64,000 nt of DNA from the human T2T-CHM13v2.0 reference genome, Homo sapiens. Of the stretch, positions 14,428 to 27,272 are shown piece after piece. The stretch lies in assembly GCF_009914755.1 (NCBI RefSeq), contig NC_060926.1; one strand, 5' to 3'. The notes under the pieces are model-generated. The model did not search any database, was not told where the DNA came from, and saw only the letters and a program-made list of their open reading frames with translations. Positions within the stretch are counted from its first letter, which is position 1. Every line of letters starts with the position of its first letter. The position numbers and the translations under genes are program-made.

Positions 14428-14942
14428 TGTATTAGTTATCTATTGCTGTGTAACATGTCACCCTAAAACGTGGCAGCTTAAAACAAATGTGTGTTATCTC
14501 ACACTTTCTGTGAGTCAGGAATATGGACACGGCTTAGCTGAATGCTTGTAACTCAAGGCTGCTCATGAGGCTGCAGTCAAGCTGTCACCTGAGGCTTTGG
14601 TCTTATCTGAAGGTTGACTGGCATGGGGGCATCTGTTTCCAAGCTCACTCATGTGGTTCTGTCCCTCCCCACCTAGGCATCTCCACAGGCTGCCTTGTGA
14701 CATGTGGCTGGTTACCCTGGGGTCGTGTGACTCTAGAGAGAGTAGGACAGAGGACCCAAAATGGAAGCCACAGTGCTTTTTATAACCTATGAAGATGTGA
14801 CATCTCATTACTTCTGCCCTATTCTAGTCATAGAAGCAAGTTACTTAGAATGATCCACACCGACAGGGAAAGGATGACATGAGGGTGAGGATACAGGGAG
14901 AGTGGGGGTCACTGGGGCCCATCTTAGAGGCTGCCTACCACA
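14428..14942 (-). mobile_element. MLT1 (MaLR) solo LTR, older subfamily
   Basis: tgtattagttatctattgctgtgtaaca...tcttagaggctgcctaccaca. Confidence 0.85.
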
Positions 14943-15293
14943 GAATCCCTAATTATTTCTCTGAAAATAAAAGGAGGAGAAAGAGACACCATATTCTACA
15001 TTTCTGCTCACCTCTGTGGTGGGGCTGATGTGCATGGTTTTCATGGCTTAAAAGCACACTCCATCTCACTGGGGGTTTCCCAAATGGTCATATGAAGAGA
15101 GGAATTGCTCCCCAGAACCGCTGGGGCACCTCATTTCGTTGATGCTTTTTCTTCCTCTCCACGGAGATGCTCTGGGTAGAAGGAATGAAGCCTTCAAGGT
15201 GGACTCTGGAGGGCTCTCCCAGAGGCTTCTGTCTGAACCAGTGGGCTTAAAAATGAGCAAGGGAGAACCTTCATGAAAATCACTGTCAAGTAC

Positions 15294-15652
15294 TGTCTCA
15301 GTTTGCTCCAGCTGCTGTAACAGAATACCATAGACTGGGTGGCTTGTGAGCAATAGAAATTAATTTCTTGCAGTTCTGGAGTCTGGGAAGTCCAAATTGA
15401 GGTGCTGGCAGATTCTGTGTCTGGTGAGGGCCCACTTCCTGGTTCATAGACAGCCTACTCCTCGCTGTGTCCTCACCTGAAGGAAGGGGCAAGGCAGCTC
15501 TTTAGTGTCTCTTTTATGATAGTACTAATCTTATTTGTGAGGGCTCCACTGTCATGACCCGAGCACCTCCCAAAGGTCCCACCTCCAGGTATCATCCCAC
15601 TGGGGATCAGGCTTCAACACATGAACTTGAAGACAAACATTTGGTCTATAGC
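15294..15652 (-). mobile_element. MLT1A-like (MaLR) solo LTR
   Basis: ctgctgtaacagaataccatagactgggtggctt...cacctcccaaaggtcccacctcc...tctatagca. Confidence 0.88.
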
Positions 15653-15789
15653 AAACACCCACCATATACCAAGCCCCGTGCTTCTCTGGGCTTGGGGGTG
15701 CTGGGATACCAAGGTAAATTAAGCCTGGGCTCCATGGCAAGCTGGTGTGATGGTTGAGAGAAGGTCTAAGGGGTCAGTAAGGGGTTCTT

Positions 15790-16220
15790 GCCTGGCGCGG
15801 TGGCTCATGCCTGTAATCCTAGCACTTTGGGAGGCTGAGGTGGGCCGATCACGAGGTCAGGAGTTCGAGACCAACCTGGCCAGCATGGTGAAACCCCATC
15901 TCTACTAAAAATACAAAAAAGTAGCCGGGCATGGTGGCATGCACCTGTAATCCCAGCACTTTGGGAGGCCAAGGCGGGTGGATCACGAGGTCAGGAGTTC
16001 GAGACCAGCCTGGCCAACATAGTGAAACCCCGTCTCTACTAAAAATACAAAAAAGTAGCCAGGCATGGTGGCACGTGCCTGTAATCCCAGCTACTCGGGA
16101 GGCTGAGGCAGGAGAATTGCTTGAACTCGGGAGGTGGAGGTTGCAGTGAGCCGATCATGCCACTGCACTCCAGCCTGGATGACAGAACGAGACTCCGTCT
16201 CAAAAACTAAAATAAAATAA
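15790..16220 (+). mobile_element. AluS with a duplicated left arm (three monomers), inserted in a MIR
   Basis: Two left arms 134 nt apart; a single TSD taaggggttct flanks the whole element. Confidence 0.92.
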
Positions 16221-16694
16221 GGGGTTCTCATCCTAGTGCTATTCTCAGCTGAGTGACTTTGGGAGAGTGACTTGACCTTCATGAGCCTCAGTGTTCAAAG
16301 GATCTTTATGATTATGTCTGTGAAGCCCTCCGAGTCACCTCTGAGTCTGAGCATCCATCTAGGTGCTCCATCAGCAGTAGGTATTCCCAGTGCTATTGCA
16401 GAGAAACTCTCTAAACCCACCTCTCAAACTGGGCCAGCCTGGAGACTGGACCCAGTGGGTCTGGATGCTGACTTGAGCACACATGTACCTCGGCTCCTCA
16501 GGAAACTCTCATGCACCCCAGTGGCTGGGAGCCACTGGTCTAGAGAGTGAGCTGCATCAAGGAATGGTGGCACGTGGGAATGTGAGCAGGTGCAGGTGGA
16601 CACTGGGCCAAGGTGGGGCGTGTCTGGACTCAGGGCCTCGTTGGCCAACTCTCCTAGGACTTAAGAAGGGAGAGGAGCCCAGATAGAGGAGCCA

Positions 16695-17331
16695 GTTTTT
16701 TTTTTATTTCCAACTTTTATTTTAGGTTCAAGGGGTAGGTGTGCAGGTTTGTTACATGAGTAAATTGCATATCATGGGGTTTTGGTATACAAATAATTTT
16801 GTCACCCAGGTAATCAGCGTAATACCCAATAGGTAGTTTTTCTGTCTTCACCCTCCTCCCATCCTCCCCCACCAGGAGTCCCCAGTGTCCTCTGCTCCCA
16901 TCTTTATGTCCATGTCTACTCAATGTTGAGCCCCCACTTATAAGTAAGAACATGCAGTATTTAGTTTTCTGTTCCTGCGTTAATTTGTTTAGGGTAATGG
17001 CCTCCAGCTCTATCCATGTTGCTGTAATGGACATGATTTCATTCGTTTCTGTGGCTGCACAGTATTCCATGTTGTATATGCACCACATTTTCTTTATCCA
17101 ATCCACCATCGATGGGCATCTAGGTCTTTGCTATTGTAAACAGTGCTGTGATGAATATATGCCTGTGTGTGTCTTTATGGTAGAATATTTTGTATTCCTT
17201 TGGGCATATACCCAGTAAATGGGATTGCTAGGTCAAATGGTAGTTCTAGTTTAAGTTATTTGAGAACTCTCCAGACAGCTTTCCACAGTGGCTGAACTAA
17301 CTTACATTCTCACCAGCAGTGTAGAAGCATT
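16695..17331 (-). mobile_element. 5'-truncated older primate L1 3' end (L1PA15-16/L1PB-like)
   Basis: ORF 16717..17109(-) resembles the ORF2p C-terminus (DWIKKMWCIYNMEY); polyT head; TSD gagg(a/g)gccagtttt. Confidence 0.92.
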
Positions 17332-19158
17332 GAGGGGCCAGTTTTAAATCCTAGTCCCTTCCTGATGCTTTATTCATGCTTTATTCCTGCCTCCTGTCAC
17401 CCGTCTTAGGGATGATTCACCCAGTCCCTTGCTCCTGGCTGGAAAAACCTTTTAAGGAAAAGTCGCTAATCTGGGTACATCTAGACTTAGCTTTGCCCGT
17501 GGAAAGTCTCTTGCTTTTCACAGCCATTTGCTACCCACCCTGCACCTCCCCACACCCCTCAGACTTCATGCTTGAGTCCTGTTTACCAAATGATGGGATC
17601 CTGTTTTGTCACCTCAGTCCCCTCTGAGGGGCAGTCAGCTGGCTGGAGCAGGAGGCTGCTCAATCCCACGCTGCAGGCTCCTGCACAAGGTCAGATGTGC
17701 AGGCCATCATGAAGTGAGTGTCGAGGGTGGTGTCATCCTGAAGGTTAACACTGTAGCGGGGAGAGCATGGGGTTGCGTGTCCCTCTCCCTCCTTGTGCAA
17801 TAACTATCGTGGGTAATTCTTTTATCGTCTTTTAGATAATTTTTACATCCACAAATCAGAAAAGGAATGAGAATCAAACAAAGTAATACATGTGGAAGAA
17901 CTCAGAGAACAGTGTCATTCTATAGCAACAATCAACACAGAGCCTCTGCTAAGTGTCAGGCCACATTCTGAGCACAGCGGAGACAGGATTGAGCAAAGCC
18001 ACCACAGAGTTCACATTATAAAAATGAAACAAATGAATGACAAGTGTCACACGGGGTAACAAGCACGATAGGGGAGACAGAATGAGGAGAGCATGTTTAA
18101 CAGTAAGAGGTTCGGGAAGGAAGCCGGCCCAGACCTGAGTGAAATTAGCCATGCCTGTGCCCGGGGGAAGCAGGTGCCAGCAGGAGGAACACCGAGCCCA
18201 GCCTCCTGAGGTGGAGGGCATGGGGCATGGTAACAGGCTGCACAGGAGCTCTGCTCTGGAGCACGCGATCCGGGCACAACCAAGAGCATTGGTGGCACCA
18301 CTTGAACACTTGCAGCCAGCTCATGACAGCATTTAAAGTGTCTTTGCTGATTTGTTGAAAACAAGATGTAAAAATCACTCAGTGAGAAGGTGGTATAGAC
18401 CATCAGCCTAACTCCAATCCTGCTCGGGCTTCACCTCCCACCTCCCAGCTCACGTGCCCTCGCAGCAAACTTCTCATTGCTCCTCAATTTATCTCCAGCC
18501 CCAGTTCCTCTGTTGAATATCTTCTGCCCCATCATTGCCCCTGTTTTCTAAGAACCAGCTCAAACATCACCACCTCGGTGGAGATTCCCTCCTCCTGGGG
18601 TTCACCCAGGAAACTCCAACCAGGAAGCAGGAGGTGGGATTCCTTGGATGAAGAAGAGGTGAGTGAGTCCCCCTATGATGTGAGCTAGTGAAGGGTTGTC
18701 ATCAGCTCAGAGTCATTCCAAAATACTCTTAATACATTTCTGTTTTCATTGTGTCTTTAGGAATTAGTGGCGATGTTTATGCCATTGCAGAAAAAAAAAG
18801 AATGATGCTCCATTTCACAGCTTACAGAGCTGGTTTCACATACACTTGAATGGTCCAGCTATTTCTGACAGCTACAAAACACAGGCGCACACACCACCTT
18901 GCCTTCTGGGAAGCTGTAGGAGACACATTACCTCTTGACAGGATAAACAGCCACACATTAGAGGGTAAAGGCAGGGCAAGCTTCACCCCAGCACCTCCTA
19001 ACCTGGCACAGGCTTGACCACATGCTACTTCAATGACTTCTTTTTGAGATCAAACACCTGCCCAGCACCCCAGTCTCCTGACTTCTTGCTTGGAGCCTGC
19101 ATCTCAGCTTCCTCAGCAGCAATGAAAAAGGAAGCCAACCCCGACCTGTAGAAATAGT

Positions 19159-19348
19159 GTATTTCCTCAATTCCAAGGCACACAATTGTTCAAATTTTAA
19201 TTATTCTGAAATCAGGATGTGTCTTACAATTAGTCGGTACACTACATGTGGGGTTTCTTTTTTCTTTCGTTTTTGTTCACCCCCTACAAGCTGTTCTTAA
19301 AACAATGGTGTGTCGTACAATTGATGACATCTTAGAATCAAAGAAAAT
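19159..19348. mobile_element. MER104/Kanga-like TcMar MITE
   Basis: gtatttcctcaattccaagg...ctgaaatcaggatgtgtcttacaat...catcttagaatcaaagaaaata with inverted termini. Confidence 0.6.
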
Positions 19349-19934
19349 AATAGTTAAAATCATGGGGTGGCAATTTAAGGTCCACCCGTGTCAGACTTCT
19401 CGAAGTCATTGTGAAACTGTGTTTTGTTCTGCTTTGAATGTCTGGTGGTGTGAACCCAGAGAGACTGGATTCCTAGATCCCTGAGGCCTCCTGGCCGAGC
19501 CAGGAGCATGGGGCAGACAAAGGGCAAAGCATGGTCCCTACCGACTTGTCAGGCCTGCCAGCCCTGCCACTGGCTTTGTGATTTTCATTCCTGAATTCAT
19601 AGAGATGGCTGCCAGCAACGAGAGGTAATCTCAGGACACACAGGCCTGGGCTAGGCCTTGGAATATTCCGGAAGTCGGTGGCCAGAGTTGTATCAAGCCA
19701 GACGGGACACATATGGGAATACAATTACAGCAAAGCCGGCAAGGCTCAGTGAGGGGCAGAGGGCCTGGCCACATGAGGAGCCAGTGCTGTGGGCAGGCCT
19801 GGGTCTGAGTGCCAGCTGTGTGTCCTGCACAACCACATCTCCCAGAGTGCATTCGTCACCATCCACTCCAGATGCCCCTTGAACAAATGAATTTCACAGT
19901 TGCAAAAGGCTGAAAAATGCTCTGTGACCTGGCA

Positions 19935-20110
19935 CCCCCTTGGGGAACCACAGTGCATTAAAGGCTCTGAGAAGTCCTGCAGTAAAGAAACCTGATGAAC
20001 TTTTGTTTAAGTTAATGTTTTCCAAACTTCTTTGATCACAGAATCCTTTTATTCCAGTAACACCTTTTACAATCTTAAGATGTGAATTTTCTGCAGAACA
20101 GCCACCTGGG
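19935..20110. mobile_element. MER103-like hAT-Charlie fragment
   Basis: gcattaaaggctctgagaagtcctgcagtaaagaaacctg motif; boundaries approximate. Confidence 0.55.
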
Positions 20111-22239
20111 AACAGGCTTGTCTTGTGCAGAAGCCTGAGGGACTGGGAGCCAATCTCATCACTCCCTCACTTGATTATGGAAAGATGAAAACAGAGAGTG
20201 GAGAAATGAAGGGTAAGACCAGGGAAGAGATTCTCTCTGGGGTCCCAAAGCATGGCCCTGGCTATGGACATACTTGGGGGTGGGGGGATCCACTTGCCTG
20301 CTGGCCTCTTTTGGGCAGTTGGTATTGGTTGCCCGGGTATCCCCGGGGCAGTAGCTGCAGCAGTGGCCTGATGGGTGTGCAAGCAGCTAGCTGGTGTGTC
20401 CAGCACGGTCTTGGCACACCTGGTTGTTTTGGAAAGGTCTTTTCTTGAACAGGAACTTGCATACTCAAAAACAACAGCAAAACACAAGGCCACACTCACC
20501 CCCCAAGGGTAAGTCCGTGGCTCCTCCTGCACACCCAGGAAAGATCCCGTGGAAACACAGCACCGGAGGATATGGGATAAGAGACAACAGAGAGGAGTGG
20601 TGCTTCCTGAATTTAGGAAACATAGCTGCTACTTTGGGCCCTCTAGATACTTGAAAGAAAAAATGATGGAAATCACTAGGTGAGAATTAAGTTCTTGGTG
20701 ACCACTGGCTGTATGCAGGACAAATAGTACTACAAAGTACTACAAAGAATGCAAATCTGTCTGCTGCACCCAGCAACTTCCAGTTGGTAAAAGGCTATGT
20801 CCCTGGAGAGGTAATAACTGCCACTGTAAGAAATTCCTAGGGTCCAATCCTGAATCCTTCTCTCAACAGCAGGATTCTGGGAAAGGGAAGCCAGGTTGTT
20901 CATGGACATTCAGTGGAAGAATTAAGGCAATTAAATGTTAAGTTTTGCAGGGCTGGTCGACAAGAGAAGAAGGGAATCATAGGTAATGAGCACAACTAAA
21001 ATGAAGGCACAGAAGCAAGACGGTCAGGCTTTGCTCAGAGAATAACTTCAATGAGAGCAGTGAGCAGGTGCTCCAGGGTCCTGGGAGACAGTGGGAGGTG
21101 GGTCACAGAGAGCAGGCTGAGGAGTTTGGATCTGCTCATAGAGAAATATCTTAAACTAACAGATTCCACGTCAGGCAAGGTCTCTTGGCTTCAAGGAGCT
21201 GGCAGTCAGGAGGGAGCGATCTAATGCTGGGTGGGGGTTGAGAGCATCTGGTGGAAAGAGGGAGGATGTGGGCAAAGAGTTTTTCGATAGGTGGTGTGGT
21301 TGTCCGAGGGGAGGCCATGAACAGAGAGAACTGAGGCAGGGAGAGGGAAGCCCACAGGCCTTGGGGTTGGGTCAGAGGAGGTGGTCAAGGAGGGAAAGGA
21401 AGGAGAGAAGACAAGGAGAAAGGAGGGGAAGAGGGAGGCACCTCCCCTCTCACTGGTGTCAGGATTCAGATTGTGACTGGGCTTTGCATAGAGCAGGTGG
21501 GCAGCTGTGACCCACACATGATATTCCACCCGAAGATGTGTTTTTCTGACATGCACAGTAATTTTCAAAAGCAGGAAAACTTTATATAGATATCTAGATT
21601 TCTCTAGATAAGTGGAAAGGCCTGGCCTTCCTGGACCTGCACCTGGCAGTGCCACCTGGAGCTGGTCACAGCTGCTCCCACAACTCCTGGACTGGGCGCT
21701 TCAGTTGGCTGTAGTCCCCACCCTTCCTACTGCCTCACACCCAGGTGACTTCACTCACGTCCACTGACACCGTCTGCCTGTCCCCAAGGACACTGAAGTT
21801 TGCAACCTAGGTGCAGATTATGTGCACACAGGGCTGCCATTCACAGGAGGGAGATGGTCAGTGGGGTAGGAGGGCGCTGAAATCCAGCTTGCATGCATGC
21901 CCATGTTCTCTGTATGTCCCAGGGAAGGAGGTCCCTTCTGTATTTGCACAAAGACATCGTACTGGCTGAAAATGGCCCTGCCCGCAAATTCTCCCAAAGG
22001 TGTGTATTCTCCATTGGTCACAATGCACTATGTAGCCCATGAGAAGGAGACCAACTCCGGGGAGCTGAGAGTGAGAGGAGACTGCATTCTCAGACACAAT
22101 TGTCCAGACACTTCCTTTAAAAACTACACGCCAATGCCCAATAATGCTCAGCCTTGGAAAACAGTGAGTGTCTAATCAAGCCATTTAAAGCAGGGAGAAG
22201 ATTTTAATTGGTTGCAAGGGCTGGTGTAATTATTTACAG

Positions 22240-22520
22240 CATACAGAGGTTTTCCTTTTGAACCTCACAGCAATCAAGTGCAGCAGCAATTTTTCTTTCC
22301 CTATTTTGCAGATGAGGAAATGGAAGCTTATGGAGGTTAAGTGATTGGCCTCAGGCCATTGCATTTAATACTACTAATAATATTAACAGCCATAGTCCAT
22401 CCTGGGCAGGCCTGAGCATCTCACACACATTTGCTCATTTCCTCCTCACCCCATGAGAGCACTGATGCTACTTTTTCCTCTCTCCCAGAAGAAGACAGAG
22501 GCCTAGAAGAGTCTGGGCAG
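22240..22520. mobile_element. MIR fragments
   Basis: MIR core ccctattttgcagatgaggaaatggaagcttatggaggttaagtga. Confidence 0.65.
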
Positions 22521-23696
22521 ACTCCAAAGCCCACCCTTCTAGTCCCAATGTGAGACACCCCCATTAATAACACCAAAGGGCCCACACCTAAAGGCAAATC
22601 AGTCAACTAAAATCCAGGTCTTTGGTCTAGAATCTGTCACTCTTATTCCTGCATAATTTTTAACACTGGACTCATGGTGCCTTGAGCTGAAATGGTTCAT
22701 GCAGGATATATCAAAAATCTGAGCATTAACCAGAGTGTTTGTAATGACAAGGAATCTGTGCCTTTTCTATGAGACATACCAGCTCTGTGTTTGACTCTGG
22801 TCAGTGTAGGCGTTAACTTCTGATCTGAATCAGCAAGACCTGGGTTCCAGCCTTGCCCTGCAACCCACCAGTGGTGTGGCCTTGGACCCATCGCCTGCCT
22901 GTCAAGGCCTCATCTTCTTCCTCTGGGACAAGGGCACAGCCACAGCCCCCGTGTTATGGCAACACATGGGTCAGGCTCAGGTCTGGCGCTTGGCAATCAG
23001 CTGATGATGGCAGGGAGGCTCTGCTTCCTGTCCCAGGCAGAGGGGATGGCACGGCCTGTGAGTAATGCAGGTTTGAGTGGTGAGCCAGTTCAGAGCAAGG
23101 CTGGGAGGACCTTTGGGCACAGTCAGGCTCCAGGGATGCAAGGCGTGGCTCCTTCAACTTGTCTCCAGCACAGCCACACACGCCACCAGTGTGGGGAGGG
23201 AGCCCCTGGTCATTTTCTGCTGGGGAGCAGAATCGCTGATGAAGGGCCCAGCGCCAGTGGGGAAGAGGCCTCCCCAACAACCCTGGGCCTCCTGCCCGCT
23301 CAAGCCACTTAAAAATCCGTACCGTGCCCACAAGGCTTTCCAGTCTCCATGTCTCAGGAAGGTCCAAGACAGTAGGTGGAGGTGGGCACATGACAGGGCT
23401 TTCTCATTGCCTCCAAACAATGCCATGTGCTAGGCCATATTTTCTGCTCTTCTAGAAGCTTCTGTGTCCTGGGCCAGGTGGGTGCTCATTGTGTTCCCTC
23501 TGTCTCTGGGATCCCCTCCTGCTCAGGATTTAGGGGGATTGGGTGCCCTGTGCCCACCTGCCAGCTCCCATTTACTCACACCACCCTGCAGGCTGGAGGC
23601 TTAGCCACTTCTCAGGAGGAGCCTAGAAAGGATATTGGTCGCCCAGCTGCTGAACCTGCCCCAGCATCCTTGAGGGTCTTGAAAAATCTATTTTAT

Positions 23697-24005
<309 letters not shown>

Positions 24006-24904
24006 TCATGTGGAAACACCTCTAACAAACATGAGGCCAGCTAAGCTGGGGTGGGGGCCAGGTGGCAGCCTCTGAGGAGGCCTCTGCAGTCCTGGGTGGA
24101 TGGTTCGGGTACAGCCTGTGAATATGAGAAGCTCTTGGCCACTGCACATGGCTCAGTTCCCATCATCGTGCATCAGACACTGGAAGACAGTAGTTGGAGC
24201 TGCTGGACAGGGCTGTTTTTTCTCAACCAGACAGTATCCAGGTGCCTGTCCCTCAGCAGAGGGAGAGGTGCCACAACCGGCTACCATGATAAGGAGTCAG
24301 CTCAGAGCACCTTTGTTGGGGGGCCTGAGGAGATGAGGTGGTATGGGGATAGGATTCTGGAGGACCCTGCTGGAACAGGTAGAAGGACAAGAATAACTCC
24401 CCACTGGGACTGGAGGAGAGGAAGGCACATGGGGGCCCTTGGCAGGGTGGAGTAGGGCCATAGGTAAAAGGAAAGAGGAGAAAAGGACAGATACTGGGGA
24501 GAGTGAGAGGGAAGGGAGGGGAGGAGAAGGGAGGCGGACACCTCCAGATCTGGCATGGCAGAAGTCTCCTCGGAAAAGATGAGTGCAAGATGTGGGAGGA
24601 AGAGTAGGACGTGAGGGTCTCCAAAGTCTGCTCGAATTTTCAGGTACAAATGACCTCCCATCAGAATAGCCCCAATCTGAGTTCTGCAGAGGCTGAGAGC
24701 CAACTCAAGGGCATGGAGTTTCTGAAGCCAGAAGGGACCTTGATAAACAAGAAAGCCTGAGGCCCAAGGAAGTTAAAGTGATGTGCTGAAGATAACCCAG
24801 CCAAAAGGGGGCGCAGCCTGGATCCACACACTTCATGGTGCTCTACCCACTACACCATAAAAGGAGAGTCCAAACATGGTAAAGATGGATGGCAGACTGG
24901 CAGC

Positions 24905-24991
24905 CAGTGCTGTCTCCATGACAGCACTGTCATGGAGATTGACATTGACATTGACATTGACATTGTCATGGAGATTTACACTGTCATTTAC
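24905..24991. repeat. Nested palindromes plus an (ATTGAC)4 micro-array
   Basis: 12-bp and 10-bp perfect inverted arms, hexamer tandem, and repeated tgtcatggagatt read directly from the sequence. Confidence 0.9.
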
Positions 24992-25872
24992 AACCTGGCA
25001 TGCTTTAGATGGTAAAGTAATAAAGCAGAATTGATGTGTCTAAACAAAGACCTCCAGTACCTTGGAAAACTGCACACCTTTGTTTAGCAATTGCGTTCAC
25101 ATTTAGTAATTGTTTTCTGAGTAATCCATTCATCATTCATTTATTCCTATGTCTGGTATTGGCAATTTAAAAATAAACACAACAGAACTCCCACTGTATA
25201 ATTGCTAAACACAATGACAGCTATAATTGAGGCACTGAAGGAAGGTCAGGGGAGCCCAGGAGGGCGGGGCTGCTGCTGCCTGCTGAGCTGGGAGGGTTGG
25301 TGGCACCCCTTGCCCTGGGTTGCCATAGCAGATATCATAATCAATTACGGCCGTCTTTCATGAGGAACCTGGATCTTTCCCAAGGAATCAGTGAGAAGTT
25401 TCAGCTCACATACCATCTCTGATTTGCCATCCCTGGGATGTTAGCTGAATCCTCTCATTTTACATGGAGGAGACTGAGGGCCACAGAGTTCAATGCAGGG
25501 CCTAGTTTAGACTCCAGACCAGCTGCCAAGAGAGATGAAGGGCTGGTGGAGACCAGCCAGCAAGTGGCCATGCCGCCCGCTGCAGACCCCACTTCACACT
25601 CTCATGCCACCCCCTTGGGTTCACTGACAAAATTATGCTCACAAAAGCAGTGCTCTGATTTCTATGAGATACTGTAGAAAATAACTTGTTTTTTCTTTTT
25701 GTATTACTTTTTATTGTATGATACATATTCATTTCAGAAAAACTAGAAAATACAGCTAAATTGGAAGGGAAAATTAAAGTCACTCATAATCTAACCACTG
25801 CTATTTACATTTATACCTTATTGGATATATTTTCAATATCTTTCTAGGCATTTTTCTCTCTGCTTATGTGCC

Positions 25873-27272
25873 TGTGGTGTTATGATACATATGCATAGGT
25901 TTTCATTCATGGTTCCTGGCTCATCACTCTCATAGTCCTTGTTATAATGTTGGGAGCGTTAGGCCTCAGGAGACAACGTCCCTCTCTCTGAGTTTTTCCT
26001 GTTCTCCTTTCTCCTGCCCAAGGCGGGACTCTAATCCGATTGTGGGTCAAAAGACCTTCATTTCAGAGCAGGTCCTGCCCCAGCCCCTAAAGGAAGAAAT
26101 GCTGCACAGAGAGGCTAGGAAAAGTCTGAACGGGCAGGTCTTGCTGGGTTTAGATTGTGTTCTTTTTGCCCAATCACATTTCTACATGGTTGTCAGTCAT
26201 GCCATGTAATGAAGGCTCCATAAAAACCCAAGACGGGCCAGGTATGTTGGCTCACACCAGTAATCCCGGCACTTTGGGAGGCCAAGGTGGGTGGATCACT
26301 TTAGCCCAGGAGTTCAAGACCAACCTGGGCAACATGGCAAAACCCCATCTCCACCAAAAGAAATACAAAAATTAGCTGGGCATGATGGCTTGTGCCTGTG
26401 GTCCCAGCTGCTCAGGAGGATCGCTTGAACCTGGGAGGTGGGGGTTGCAGTGAGCTGAGATTGTGCCACTGCACTCCAGCCTGAGTGACAGAGCAAGAGA
26501 GAGAGAGAGAAATAAAGAAAGAAAGAGAGAAAGAGAAAGAGAAAGAAAAGGAAAGGAAAATAAAAGGAAAGAAAGGACAGGAAAAGAAAGGAGGAAGGAA
26601 AGAAAGAAGGAAAGAAAAGAAAAAGAAAGAGAAAGGAAAAGAAAAAAGAAAAGGAAACGAAAGGAAGGGAAAAGGAAAGAAGAAGGAAAGAGGAAGGAAG
26701 GAAGGAAGGCAGGAAGGAAGGGAGAGAAAACCCAAGAGGACAGTGTTCAGAGAGCTGAGCACGTGGAGACAGACTGGAAGGTGGAGTAGTCATCCATGTG
26801 CCGAGTGGGTGGCTGCCCCAGCTCCACGAGGACCAGACTCTTCCAGACCTTGCCCTGTGTATCTCTTCATCTGGCTGTTTATTTGTATCCTTTAAAATAT
26901 CTTTCTAACAAACCTATAATTGTTAAGTGTTTACCCAAGTTCTGTGAGCTACTCTAGCAAATGGAATCCAAAGAGGGGGTCTTGGGAACCCCAGCTTGAA
27001 GTGGGTCAGTCAGAAGTTCCAAAGACCTGGACTTGAGACTGGTGGAAAGTGGGAGGCAGTCTTGTGGGACTGAGCTCTTAAGTTGTGGGATCTGATGCTA
27101 TCTCCTGGTAGGCAGTGATGGAAGGGAATTGGAGGACACCCAGCTGGTGTCCACTGCTTGGTGTGTGGGGAAAATCCCCACACATTTGGTCACAGAAGCC
27201 TTCTTCTGTTGTTGATTGCTGTTGCAGTGTGAGAGCAGAGGAAAAACATGATTTGAGAGGTTTTTCCAAAAT
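25873..27272 (+). mobile_element. MER21-family LTR split by an AluJ
   Basis: tgtggtgttatgata...ggttcctggctcat...ccataaaaacccaaga[Alu]ggacag...tgtgggatctgatgctatctcc...aatccccacacatttggtcacagaag. Confidence 0.8.
26236..26728 (+). mobile_element. AluJ with a tail expanded into a ~230-nt GA-rich microsatellite
   Basis: TSD aaaacccaaga encloses both the Alu and the purine tract (26,495-26,728). Confidence 0.93.

Noticed and set aside
24938-24965. Short tandem repeats as a CRISPR-like or other prokaryotic system
   Set aside because: There is no repeat-spacer structure, and the window is primate DNA with no prokaryotic genes.
26314-26895. K/R/E-rich and F/S/L-rich ORFs
   Set aside because: They are translations of the GA-rich Alu-tail microsatellite.
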